64,000 bases of DNA from assembly GCF_009914755.1 (NCBI RefSeq), contig NC_060940.1. One strand, given 5' to 3'. A program made the translations under genes and the position numbers. Under the pieces are notes generated by a model. It did not search any database and was not told where the DNA came from. It saw nothing but the letters and a program-made list of their open reading frames with translations. The number at the start of each line of letters is the position of its first letter. Within the stretch, counting starts at the first letter, position 1. Positions 14,292-26,559 of the stretch are shown in pieces. This DNA comes from the human T2T-CHM13v2.0 reference genome, Homo sapiens.

Positions 14292-16745
14292 TAATCTCTT
14301 CATGTTTTTCCCTCTTCATGGCTTCAATTTTACATTTCTCTCAGCATGCATGCTTTGGTTTTTTCTTTCTCCTCACCCTTCTGCTTATACAAAGCTCATC
14401 ATGAGTGCCCGATGATGGGCTTCAGCCCCTAAGTCACATGACCCTTATGTTTGGCTACCCCTAGCTAGCAAACTCAGGCTCCATGCCTCTTTGTGAAATT
14501 CTTGAGATAGAGAATCTGATTGGCCCAGTTTGTATCAAGTGTTTATCCTTGGTCCAATAGGCTGTGGCCAGGGGCATGGGTCAGGCGGTACACAAGGGCT
14601 GCCTCTTGTGATCTGTGGCTAAGTTAGCTCACCCAGAGGACTTGAATGGGAATAAATTCCTTAGCAGCTCTAGTGGAAGAGGGTAATGTGGATAAAATTA
14701 TAGTGTAGTCAAGTGGATTTGAAGCAGATGAAACAGTCATACACAAAGGTGTTGATTCATTACTGACAGGCTGTAAGAAGTCTTTAGTAAAGTCCCACTT
14801 TATCTTGCCCTCGGTTCTGATTTTTTTTTTAATGTTCCCAATATTTTAATAAACAGATTAGGACATAGAAAATATACCTACGAATTTTTAGTTGACAAAA
14901 TGATGGAAACATTTGTTAAGATAGTTAGAAATGAGATTCAGACTCAAAATCATCTTAAAGGGCTAGAAATCTGTGTAGAATCAATAAGATAAAAATTAGC
15001 TCACATAAATATTAACTTCCAAATTTGGATTTCAGTGCTCACTTGCAAAGTGATGGAATGGAGTTTTCAAAATGAACTCTTAAATAAATTATAGCACTCT
15101 GTGGATATGTGTCTCTCTTTCCAAGAAGGAAGTCCTTTTTAATTAGTCGCATGCTAAAGTTAGTTTGGCTAAGTAAATGTTTTCCTAGGGTTGGGAGATT
15201 TCTATAATTTCAGTTTCCCTTTTGTTTGCAGATCAAGTAGTTTAAATGACCCAGTAAATAATTTGGAGTCACCACAGTTAACTCACCAACCTTGAAAATC
15301 CCTGAACCAAGAGGCCCCTTGATACTGTAAGGGAGGGCTACCATAATTAATAGCATAAGTCTAACCAGGGTACCATACCTTTCCCTATATTGCTGGATAT
15401 TCTGTAAGTTTGGCTTTCCCAAATTAGGACACAGAGATAAGGATAAACTCACTTTCCAGCTATTTCGTTATGCCTTTTTTATTTCTTTCAACTTTTGGAA
15501 ATGACCTTATGAATTTCCTCTTATTATGAAATATATCTTTATTGAAAACTGGAGTCCAAACATTACAAAAAATACATAGCATAGGAAGTGAAATGAAATA
15601 CTGCATAACCAATGTAAATGATTAGGTGACTCCTCTTTCAGATTACATTCCTGAGCATTTTCTAACAAATTATCAATATTTTTATTTTAATGAATATAGA
15701 ATCACACCCTACTTATTCTTTTGTAATTTGCTTTTCCCATGTAATAATATGGCCTGCAGGCTGTAATGATAGACTTGTTTTTTGCAGAACAATCCATTAG
15801 CCAAGGGCAACTAGAAAAGCCAGACAAAATATTCGATTGATTTGGTTTGAAGGCGTGAGAGAGCTACCATGTCTGCAAGGACTTGAGGGGCTAAGATTTT
15901 TGAGAAAAGGGAAGTACAAGGAGTGTGCTCGACATTCAGTCTGCTTTCTTCTCAAGGTCTTTAGCTGATTCACAAGTAGTGGCTGAGAGCAGAGAAGCTG
16001 AGCTAAGCTTCTGGTAGTCTTATCATACTGAAGGGAAAAATTAGAATTCAGAGCCCTAAAAGGAAAAGAGTCCGTGATAAGCATCCCAAGGTTTTTGTTG
16101 ACGTCCACCAAGGGCTATACCCTAGAACATAGGAGTGAACCAGAAATAGACCAACCCTCACAAAGAACAAAGTCTAGCTTTGATTAAACATTATCCGTGA
16201 TTGGATTAGGTGATCTGCCTCTATGCTAACAGTTTACTAAAAATAAAAATGAATCTTCCTTGAAAGAAAATAAAATTACCAAGAGGCTCAAATTATCTTA
16301 ATCTTATATACACATCTGGCATCTAATTTCAAACTACCAGTCATTTAAGGAGACAAGACCACATGACTGAAGAAATAGATGAGAGGGGCGGACCCTAAGA
16401 GTGTCGGGATATTGGAGTTGCTAGACATTGACTTTAAAATAACTGTGATTACATGGTCATTCTCCACTCACATTACTCAAGAGATACTTAGTACATGGAC
16501 TTAGCACATGAGCTGTGTATGTAATAGTCCCTCAACAAATATTTAATGATATGAACTGATAATCCAAAATAATGGTACTAATATATTTGCAATTTTAACC
16601 TAAGTAATATATGGGCAATTGGGGTTTCTGAACACCCTATTAAGTCTTACTGTCTGAGGGCTCCATTAAATCACCTCAGGTTCCTTGAGATGATTTAATG
16701 GAGCCCACAGACACTAAATTACATGGAGAAAGTCACTCTTTTCTA

Positions 16746-17029
16746 TTTTTTTTAAGAGAAGGTTCTCACTCTGTTGTCCAGGCTGTAGTGCAGTAGTGCA
16801 ATCATAGCTCACTGCAGCCTCAAACTCCTGGGCTCAAGTGATCCTCCTGCCTCAGCCTCTTGAGTAGCTGGGACTACAGGCATGCATCATCATATCTAAC
16901 TAAGTTTCTAACAAAAATTTTGTAAAGACAGGGTCTCACTATGTTGCCCAAGCTAGTCTTAAACTCCTGGCCTCAAGTGATCCTCTTACCTCCCAAAGTG
17001 CTAGAATTATAGGTGTGAGATACCTGGCC
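16746..17029 (-). mobile_element. AluJ
   Basis: Antisense Alu with J-type CTCCTGGGCTCAAGTGATCC. Confidence 0.9.
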
Positions 17030-19251
17030 CCTTTTCTGTTTCCTTTTAGTCCTTCTGATTATGCCATAGAGGGAGTCTCAGCTTGGTGCTGACGTGTCTT
17101 TTATACCATCCTAATGCTATTTGATTTTTTTTTTTTTTAACAGAGAAAGATCTCAAGCTTCTCAGTCAATGTCTTGGTATCTCTACTCTGGTGTTCTTAA
17201 GGAAAATGCTATGGGCTCCTTTGGACATCTGGTAAAGTCTATGAACCCTATATCAAAATAATGCTTGTAAATTCTTACAATAAAATACCTAGTATTACAA
17301 AGTAAAGAATATGTTGAAATACAGTTCCATCCACCATCCTTTTGCCACTACAGTTTGTGATTGTTGTATTTATTTTCATGGTTACTTTCTACTTATGGAA
17401 AGTGCAATTGGTTTCTGTTTATAGTCATGACATACAATTTGCATTTTAAATACATTTGTTTAAATTAAAGAGGGAAGATGAATTAAGGAAATAAGTAAAA
17501 GTAGGAAATATGACAAAGCTAAAAGTGGTGTGCTGTGATTGAGTGACGAATGCAGACTTAACCCAAGAGATGACTTTATTAATGGGAATTTCAGGCACCC
17601 TTTCACATTGGGGACTGTACTAAACCAGGCTTGACACAAGCCTCACTTGTCCATCAGTCAATGTCCATTGATTGAGCAGCCCCACCAAGTACCAGACACT
17701 GTTCCAGGTGTGAGGGCAGGGCATTGAGCAAGGCAATTTATTCTCAAGGTGTTTACATTGTAGGGAAAGGATATAGACAAGAGGCAGGCCAAAACATTCA
17801 ATTAAAAGGTAACTTCAGATACTGATTTTTGTCCTGAAGGGCAAAAGGGTGACTAGCAGGGTGACTAGAGAGGGAGTGACTTGGGGTAGGTGTAGGACAG
17901 TAGCAGTGGGGTTTGTGGCTTGGCCCAGGGCTGCATTAGAAAAAGACCAGGCTCCCACTGCAGCAGTGCCCGGAAAAATGCAGAGACGAGCCAGGATTTC
18001 TGGATCATTACCATGAGGAAGGGAATAAATGTGTGTTCTCTTTCAGTTGCTCCTCTTGACACCTGGGTAAATGGCTGTTTACACAGGCAGATCACCCAGC
18101 CGCTCCCTCAAAGGTAAACAGCTGCTTTCTGCCTCCCCTGCTAGCACAGATTGGGGCCCTGAAACAGTGTGTACCCAGGCAAAAGAGGAGGTATTCTCCA
18201 TTTAGGTTTCCATTCATTCATTCAGGCAAGATTTCTTGAGTGCCTCCTAAAATGCAGGCACCAAGGTAGGTACTGGGAACACAGTAAGGAACAATAAAGA
18301 GGTCCCTCCTCCCCCACCTCTCTCTCCTCTCCACTTAGAATCCAAGCTAGAGGTGTGCCTCAGAGTCTCAGGCCACTCCTCTCATGATACAGATGGAAAT
18401 ATCAGAATCAGAAGAGGCAAAGTGACTTGCCCAAGACCCGGAGCTAGCCCACTTCAAGCAAGTCAGGTCTCAAAACGGTGCCAGCTGCTTTCATTGCCTA
18501 CTACCTGACTTGCTCAATCTTGGTCAGTATTTGGATTGGCACTTTTTAGTGTATTCTCCATTACTAGACTATTATGGCTTAGGGAAGGAGAAACCAGAGG
18601 TCCATCCTACAAGCACACTGAAATGTAATCCAATTCTAAGTCCCCGTATTACAACATGGACTATTGTGACTGACCACATTTGCCTTATATTTACCTTCTT
18701 CCGCAGGGATATGCCCGATTTCAGTTTCCCATGTTGAAATAGCCTACAGTTGAGACAAACATACATTACATTTAAGCATACCTTCCATTTTTTATAAGGT
18801 ACTATATTTTTAATTGTTTCAATCACTGTGAAATTAACAAATGTTCATGAGCACCCACTGTGGGAGCTCACAGTGTGGGAGTTCCGCCCTGGTGGAGGTA
18901 CTGGGATTTAATGATAAACCAAAGACAAATATATGCTCAATCTGGTCTCTGCCCTCATATCTAGTCTGGGAGGTAAGCATTTGTCAAATAATCGCACATA
19001 TATGATTGTGTATGTATGTATAAAACTAAACGCTGTCAGTTGTTTAATTTAAAAAGGTCAAAAAGAAGTTTGCTTTGAAGAATGAGATCAAGGAATAAAA
19101 ATTAGTCAGTTAAAAAAAATTACATATATAAACATAAATTTACCACCATAATAGATACTTGTTTTAGTGCAGGTCCTCCGTGATGCACACTAAGACAGGA
19201 ATAAACAGGTAAGGGATTTATTGGGGAAAATGCCTGTGAGTGAAAATTGGA

Positions 19252-19585
19252 GGTCAAGCACGATGGCTCATGCATATAATCCCAGCACTTTGGGAGGCCG
19301 AGGTAGGTAGGCTGCTTGAGCCCAGGAGTTCAAAATGAGCCTGGGAAACACAGCAAAACCCCATCTCTACAAAAAAACATACAAAAATTAGCCAGCTATG
19401 GTGCCGCATGCCTGTCATCCCACCTACTGGGAGGCTGAGGTGGGAGAATCACTTGAGCCAGGGAGTTCCAGGCTACAGTGAGTCTTGATCACGCCACTGT
19501 GCTCCAGCCTGGGCAACAGACCGAGACCGTGTCTCAAAAAAATAAATAAATAAAATAAAATAAATGAAAAGAAAAAGTAAAAGAA
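19252..19585 (+). mobile_element. AluJ with (TAAAA)n tail, inserted in an ERVL-type LTR (about 19160-19890)
   Basis: Sense Alu dimer with GCTTGAGCCCAGGAGTTC and A-rich tail. Confidence 0.9.
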
Positions 19586-20413
19586 AATGGTGGGGGAGGC
19601 TGGAGAAGGCCAGGAAAGCCATCAGACTGGGAAGTAGTTCTGTGAAGAGGAGAGAGGAGGATGGATGGTCTTAGATTCAGTGTCATCCTAAGGAAGTTCT
19701 GGCAAGGCCACATTTGCCCATCAGAAGAGTCCCCCTTTCTCAAGGATGGAACTGGCTTAGTTTTCCTGCTGGGCTTAGCTACAAGCTGGGAACAGCCATT
19801 GGGAAGTGTGGTCTCTGCAGACATGTGGTGATGGATTTGGAGTACAGCAGCTGGGGCTGTCCATCAGTAAGGGATCTAAGAATTACATGCTCATGGCCAC
19901 TGCAATGCTAAAATAGAGCAAAACACAATAAAAACAAGATAAATTAGAGGGACATGATCTGGTCTGGGACAAGGAAGATTGTTTCAGAAAATAGTCTCTG
20001 TCTTACATTCACAAGGGAAAAGAGCAATGTTCCAGAAAGAGTGGCGAGTGCAAAGGCCCTGTGGCAGAAGGCAGCATGGGATGTTCAAGAAACTGAAAGA
20101 AGGCCAGAGCAGCCTAATGGAAATAATATAGGAGAGAGTGGAATGGGAGGCTGAGAGGTGAGCATTGCTGGGGACCCCTACAAGGCCTTTAAGGAGAGGA
20201 CATTGTTTTAAACACACATCTAAAACTCACTACTTACATGACAGACATAGGGCAGAGGGTGGAGTACTAGGCGTGTGCCTGGGTTTCCAGGTGGCTGAAC
20301 TGTAGCATGACTGGCGGGACTGAAGGAGTGGAGAGGCTAAGGTCTTGATGTCACCTACTTTTGTTAGGATTAGAACAGGGGTCACAAACTGTTGGACCCC
20401 ATGGCAAATGTAA

Positions 20414-20728
20414 TTTTCTTTTTCAATTTTTTATTTTTTGAGACAGTCTCACTCTGTCACACAGGCTAGAGTGCAGTGGCATGATCTCAGCTCGCGGCAG
20501 CCTCAAACTCCCTGGCTCAAGCCATGCTCCCCCACCTCAGCCTCCTGAGTAGCTGGGACTACAGGCACATGCCACTCCACCCGGCTAATTTTTTTTCTTT
20601 TTCTTTTTTGTAGAGATGGGGTCTCACCTTGTTGTTCAGGTTGATCTCGAATTCTTGGGCTCAAGCAGTCCTCCCATCTAGGCTTCCCAAAATGCTGGGA
20701 TTACAGACATGAGCCACTGCACCCAGCC
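20414..20728 (-). mobile_element. AluJ inserted in a MER102-like hAT-Charlie element (about 20377-20920)
   Basis: Antisense Alu; flanks CAGGGGTCACAAACT and ACATTTAAAAA...ACATAAAAATC resemble MER102. Confidence 0.85.
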
Positions 20729-21085
20729 ACAAAGATAACCTAAAGATGTGTTTACTTTGACCCAGGCAGTAGTTTAAAAAAGTTTTAATTTGTTGTTCAC
20801 ATTTAAAAACTGGACAATTTCTACATAAAAATCTGAATTACTCATGTCTCTTAAAAAAATAACATCTAGCAATGGTAGGCCCACATTCCTTCCTGAAAAT
20901 AATTAGCTGGGAAAGAGTAGGGACTGACCCCTTTAGACACGGTATAAATAGCATGGGAGTTGATCAGTAAATATTTGCTGAATGAAAGAATACATGAATG
21001 AAAAGTCAGAGCCCTATAGGTCAGCATGGACGGCGGTAAAGGAACCTGGCTGAGCCTGAAAGAGAATGTGATCTAAGATTAAATC

Positions 21086-21296
21086 CAGGATATGCTGGTA
21101 AATGTTTAACAGCCAACTCTTTGGGGAGGAAAAAAGTCCCAATTTGTAGTGTTTGCCGATTATTGTGATGTAAATACTCCCATCATGACCAATTTCAAGC
21201 TACCAACATGCTGACACTGAACTTGGAGTTGGAAGGAGATGAACAGGCATAATCAGGTCTCGTGAGATGGCCCAAGCCGGCCCCAGCACTCCACTG
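21086..21296 (-). mobile_element. MER63A-like hAT-Blackjack DNA transposon
   Basis: Collinear with recalled MER63A consensus (GCTGGTAAATGTTTAAC...TGTAAATACTCCCA...ATTTCAAGCTACCAAC...CCAGCAC.CCACTG), with degenerate terminal inverted repeats. Confidence 0.75.
21150..21176. promoter_or_regulatory. FOXA1 enhancer site containing rs4784227 (21157, C allele here)
   Basis: AAAAGTCCCAATTTGTAGTGTTTGC[C]GATTATTGTGATGTAAATAC: forkhead TGTTTGC at 21150-21156, second forkhead GTAAATA at 21170-21176; about 18.5 kb from the TOX3 ATG, as expected for this SNP. Confidence 0.85.
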
Positions 21297-21737
21297 TTAT
21301 ATATGAGGCTAGAATTACTACATAACTGGAATAGCAACTTTCTGGACCATATGCCTGGAACACAGCAGGTGCTGAATAAATGTTTGTTGATCCAGGAACT
21401 GACTGTGTTGAAGCCCACAGATGGGAAATCAGTAGAAGGCAGGTAAGAGTAAAAAGAAGGGCAGAGAATTGGGGGTACAGACCCCTGAACCATAAGTCAG
21501 AGGAATGTTGTACATGTTTTCAGATCCCTCACTGGTCAAATGAAGGCAAAGGGTTAGATCTCTCCAAATCTTTAGAGGGACATGATGTAACTCCATTAAG
21601 TAACTCAGTGATTTTCAACATTAAAAAGTGTAATTATCTTTTCAAACTAAATATTACAAATAAATTCTGATAAAAGGAAATGTACGTCTGTTGAGACCCC
21701 TGATCCTATAACTGGTTTAGTATTCCCTGAAGCCACT

Positions 21738-22200
21738 TGTAGTAGCCTATTCACATGGGGACTCCCCAGTGAACATTTCCTCATATCCACACTCTTGTGA
21801 AGGTCCTTCACCTTGAATCTGGACTGGGCCTATGGCCTGATTTGATGCATAGAATGCACAGATGAGAATAGGTGGGTTTCTGGCATAAGCTCAAAGAAGG
21901 CACAGTGGCTTCCAGAGCCCTGAGCTACTAGTAAGAAAGTCCAGCTACCCTGCTGGGAAGGCCATGGAGAGAGGCCATGGGGAGCTCATAGAGAAAGAGA
22001 GGGACCCTGAGACTACATGGAGCTAGGAAGAACAACACCCAGCCATCCCAGTGTCCCAGCTGAGCCCCACTCCAAACCCATCTGCCAACTGAGCACATCT
22101 ACAAGAGTAACCACTGACAGGCCAGCACAAGCCCAGCCAAGTCCAGTTCAAATTGCAGATTGTAAGCAAATAAAGCAGTTGATGTTTTAAGGTTTTTAGA
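21738..22200 (+). mobile_element. MLT1F/G/H-type MaLR LTR
   Basis: GAGCCCTGAGCTAC..GTAAGAAAGTCCAGCTACCCTG..GCAAATAAA hallmarks. Confidence 0.6.
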
Positions 22201-22458
22201 TGATCTTAGAGTTTAGATTATGTTAAGTATGTGAGATCCCTAAATAGCCATCAATAAAAAAATTGATCAGTACAATGGAGAACTGCACAACTATTAAAAG
22301 AAGAAGGCAAATCCATGTTTACCGACATGAAAGAAAATCACCAAGATTTACCCTAACATGACAAAGCAAGATTCAGAAGAATCTGTAGGGTATAGTACGG
22401 GATTTGCCATTGCATGAAAAAGGGAAGGTAAGTATTTGTGCATGCGTGCATGTGCATT

Positions 22459-22482
22459 TGTGTGTGTGTGTGTGTGTGTGTG
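22459..22482. repeat. (TG)12 microsatellite
   Basis: Directly visible. Confidence 0.92.
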
Positions 22483-22914
22483 ACTATAAATTTGTAAATG
22501 CATAGAAGATTTCTGGAAAGATACATAAGACATTAGAACAGACTGGAAGACTTGAAGAAGAGGGGAGATTGTGTATCCTTTTGTACATATTTTCATTGTG
22601 TATCCTTTTGTACATATTTTTACCTTATTTGCAGGTATCACTTATTCAAATCATAGAAATAACATTTTAACAAAAAAGTGAGGCCTGCTTATATAATGTT
22701 GAAGACAACTAGCTACCACACTATGGGAACACACTATTATATTAAACTTGATGATTCGAGTTTTGCCTAAATTTTACTCAGAATCGAATACAAGAATAGA
22801 GGAAAGAATTTAAAACCCATCTGGCTAATGCATACCCTTGCCAACTATTCTATTAGAAAGGAAGATGGCAGTGGGGAGGGGGTTCTTACAATGGAAAAGG
22901 TATTGGCTTCCCTA

Positions 22915-23320
22915 GTGCCTGAGGTCGGGTTCTCCAAGAAGCAAATTCAGAGTGAAGGATTTTAATGAGAGTAATCTATGTGGGAAGTGGTCCCAAGAAG
23001 CACCAAAACAGAAGTGGGGAAAGGACACAGAGAAGGAAAGGAAGTCACTGAAGGGACTGTGAGTTACCTTTGTGGGCAACTGGGGTTTCGTCCCACTGGG
23101 GACCTCTGGGAGACACTGTAGGACATGTTTCAGGGTGTCCCATCCTAAGTGGGAGGAATCTGGAGAATTTATACTCTGCTCCCAGGGGCATCAATTCTCC
23201 AGTGTTTCCAGTCAGCTCTGCTTGCTGGCTGAGATACCAGAGCAAGTGCTGGTCTGGGGAAGTTGTCAGCGTGTAGAGGAGGTGAGTACTGAGCAGATAC
23301 AGGCAGGGCACTGTCAGTGC
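22915..23320 (-). mobile_element. ERVL LTR (LTR16/LTR33 family)
   Basis: GGTCGGGTTCTCCAAGAAGCA...GAAGGATTT...GGGAAGTGGTCCCAAGAAGCAC pattern. Confidence 0.55.
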
Positions 23321-23419
23321 ATTTGCTTACCTAGACAGCAAAGCCAGAGACAAAAGCTCGTGTGCTTATGTGGCAGGAGAGAGAGAGCGAACCATGCAGG
23401 GAAGTGCATTACTTTATGA

Positions 23420-23727
23420 TTTTTTTTTTTTTTGAGATGGAGTTTTGCTCTTGTTGACCAGGCTGGAGTGCAGTGGTGCTATATCAGTTCACTGCAACGT
23501 CTCCCTCCCAGTTTCAAGCAATTCTCCTGCCCTCAGCCTCCCAGGTAGCTGGGATTACAGGCGCTCATCACCAAGCCTGGCTATTTTTTTTTTTTTTTGT
23601 ATTTTTTAGTGGAGATGGAGTTTTGCCATGTTGGCCAGGCTGGTCTCAAACTCCTGACCTCAGGTGATCCACCTGCCTCAGCCTCCCAAAGTGCTGGGAT
23701 TACAGGCGTGAGCCACCGTGCCCAGCC
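23420..23727 (-). mobile_element. AluS (Sq/Sx-like)
   Basis: Antisense Alu dimer with poly-T. Confidence 0.93.
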
Positions 23728-24229
23728 AACAAGTTGATTTTTTAGTTTTATCAGATGTTTTCTAGGAGACCATAGGAAGCTACTTTGTCTACACATTACG
23801 CCTCTGTAAAAGAGGAAGGAAGAAATTTCCAGGGGACTTCGGCTCCTCTGCACTTCTGCATTGTCCATGTAAAGGTGCTTATTGAGTATGGATTGTGGTG
23901 TCTTGCACCTTGGTGGCAGCAGGAAAGTCCCGGGGCAGGAAGTGAGTGGTACATAATGCAGGAGAGGGGAGAGGAGGTGCCTGATAACCCTGAGAGTCTG
24001 GGAGCTGCTGCCCCAGTGAGCTCCTCCATCTGTAACACTGGCGGAAACTGTAGTAAGCAGGCTTTACAACAGTGGGAAACATGCATGCCGATGTCAGGGC
24101 CTCCCATCCAAAAGCAAGGCCAGGATGGATCCAGGGTGGTGAATAAATGAAACCTAATCCAGAACCTAACAAAGGAGACTGCGCCAAGGCTAAGAGGAGT
24201 GCCCTGACAGTTCACAGCATCTTAGAGCA

Positions 24230-25850
24230 CATTGCACCACATTATGCTATTTCACCAAGGAGAAAATTCATAAACATTTTTAAAAGTAGATTCTCAAGAC
24301 TAGACATTATTTTAATATTGCTTATTGATGATTATAAGGTAAAGAATGTTGGTGAGCAGGTAGAAAAGAAAGGTAATTACTAGGACCTAATTCTGGTTCT
24401 CCAGAAATAGATCATAGTGTACCAACAAATTTCCATTTTTGATAGAATTACTTTGCTGATATACATTGATCTAAGCATTGCTTCTGGCCATGTCACTGAT
24501 AATATTTTTCTGGACAACATGCCAAAACACAGGTGGAATGACTGTACAGTCAAAAATATTTTTTGACTATACAGCAGATTTCAATCAACTATACTCAGCT
24601 CTCTAGAGATATGCCACAGGTGCTTGTTTTTACTCTTGTGTTTATTGTATTCGATATTCTTTCCTCAATGATTTGGAAGAAGATGTAGCAGGCATACTCA
24701 CCACATTTATGGAAGGAATCATTGGCATGTTTGATGGCAGAATCAGGATTCAAATTGTACTGACAGGTCAGGATGTTAGGTCAACACCAACCATATGCAA
24801 TTTAAGAGTAATAGAATCTGTATTTAACATTAAAAAGTCAGTTGTGTTGGCACAGGATTGGGGAGTTGGATTGACAGCAATTGAGTTGGAAAAGACCTGT
24901 GGGTTTTAATTAACCCAAAGTTCAATAAGATCCAACAATGAAACAGCTTATTTTTTAAAGCAATTTTAGGCTGCAGTAATAAAAGCCTTATTCTCAGCTG
25001 AAGAGCAGTGATGATCCTAATAGATTCTGTGAGGCTACATCTGGAGTATTGTGTACTCAGTTCTGGGTGAAAGAGTGAGCAATTACATACAGGAGGGATT
25101 TCAAATGCATGTCACACAAGGACTGGTTATCAGCACCGGGGATAAATGCGAACAAAATGATAATATTTTACAGGAATAATAGTGACCTCCATCTATTTGA
25201 TGAGTATTCAGGTGTAAAAGGGAGTAAACCTATTCTTTTTGCTCTATGCTTTAGTCAGCTATGGTCACATTAATACCATGTTGGCTTGTAATAACATCTA
25301 TTTATCTCTTATGCATTCACAGATAAGCTGGAGTTTGTCTGATCTAATGTAGGCTTGGCTGGGCTTGGCTCCAGGCCATGATTGTGGTTCAGGTTTGCTG
25401 CATGTGTTTCTTTTTCTTTGGGAATCAGTAGGTGCCCCTGGGAATATTTTTCTTACAGTGATAGAAGAGGCACACGAGGGTGCATGCATTAAAAGCCTCT
25501 GCTGATATCATGTCTGCCAATATCCATTGCCCAAGTTAAGCCATCCCAAATTTAAGGGGCTTCAGCCACTGTGAGGCCATGGGAAGGGAACTGCATGTAT
25601 TCCTATTATGGAGTAGTGGAACAAATAATTTAATTTATTCCACTCCAGACTAGCAGGTCAAAATGAGGGTCAGTGGTCTGAAGCTATAGGAAGATAGATT
25701 TTGGTAATAAAAAACTGGATGATCGTTGGAACTGTCCAAAGATGGATGCAAACAACTGAAGTCTTTGTCCCAGAAGGGATTAGACAGAGTTCAATGGGTC
25801 ATTTCCCAAGAGCATCCCAGATGGAATTCCGGTGTCATTTGGAAAGTTAG
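24230..25850 (+). mobile_element. L3/CR1 LINE remnant, interrupted by an MLT1 LTR (about 25250-25640)
   Basis: Degenerate RT-like translation (DLEEDVAGILTTF...DGRIRIQ) and ACATCTGGAGTATTGTGT..CAGTTCTGGG motif typical of CR1/L3. Confidence 0.65.
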
Positions 25851-26559
25851 AGACTGAGCCAGTTAGTATCTTTCCTACTCCAACATCCTCAAATTCCATA
25901 GTCCTGTTCTATCCCATACTCTTCCTCTTGACTCTGACATCCTGAGGCTTTTACTCTCTGTGCCATTCCTTGGGGAACCTAATTATATATGGCTTCTTTG
26001 TGTCTCTAAGAGATTCCATGAGTATTTCTTGTCTTCCTAATTGCTTTGGAAGCATTTCAGTGTGCAGGCTGAGTCTTAAGTTTCTCTTAAATTGCCTATA
26101 GCTATTAGCTCAGTGTCAGGCACCAAGCCCTTAGCATGGCATTAAATCATCACCCAACACCCAGTGCAGCCTCAAACCATCTTTGCAGCCTCTCTCCTAC
26201 CTTTCCCATCTTATTATCCAGCCGAATTGAGATACCTGTCCTTCCCGATACACAGCCCCTGCTTTTCAAGTCTTTGCTCACTTATAGACCATTATCCTCC
26301 CTTGTCTAGACCCCATCCATCCCACTCAGTGCAAACCAAGTGCTACCTTTTCCAAGATGTTTTCACTGATGCTCCAACCAAAAAGAAGTTTCTCTACCTC
26401 TTCTGGGTGGTCTTAACACTTCTCATGGTATTCGAGATGTTTGTGGTATAGAAAAGTGATTCTCCACTCTAACTATCCATGATGACTTGAGAATACTTAA
26501 ATCATACACGCCCAGGTCCCATCCCAAGATAGTCTCATATTATTGATCTGGAAACAGAA

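Noticed and set aside
21019-21033. ERE-like GGTCAgcaTGGAC near rs4784227
   Set aside because: Two mismatches in the second half-site; too weak to call.
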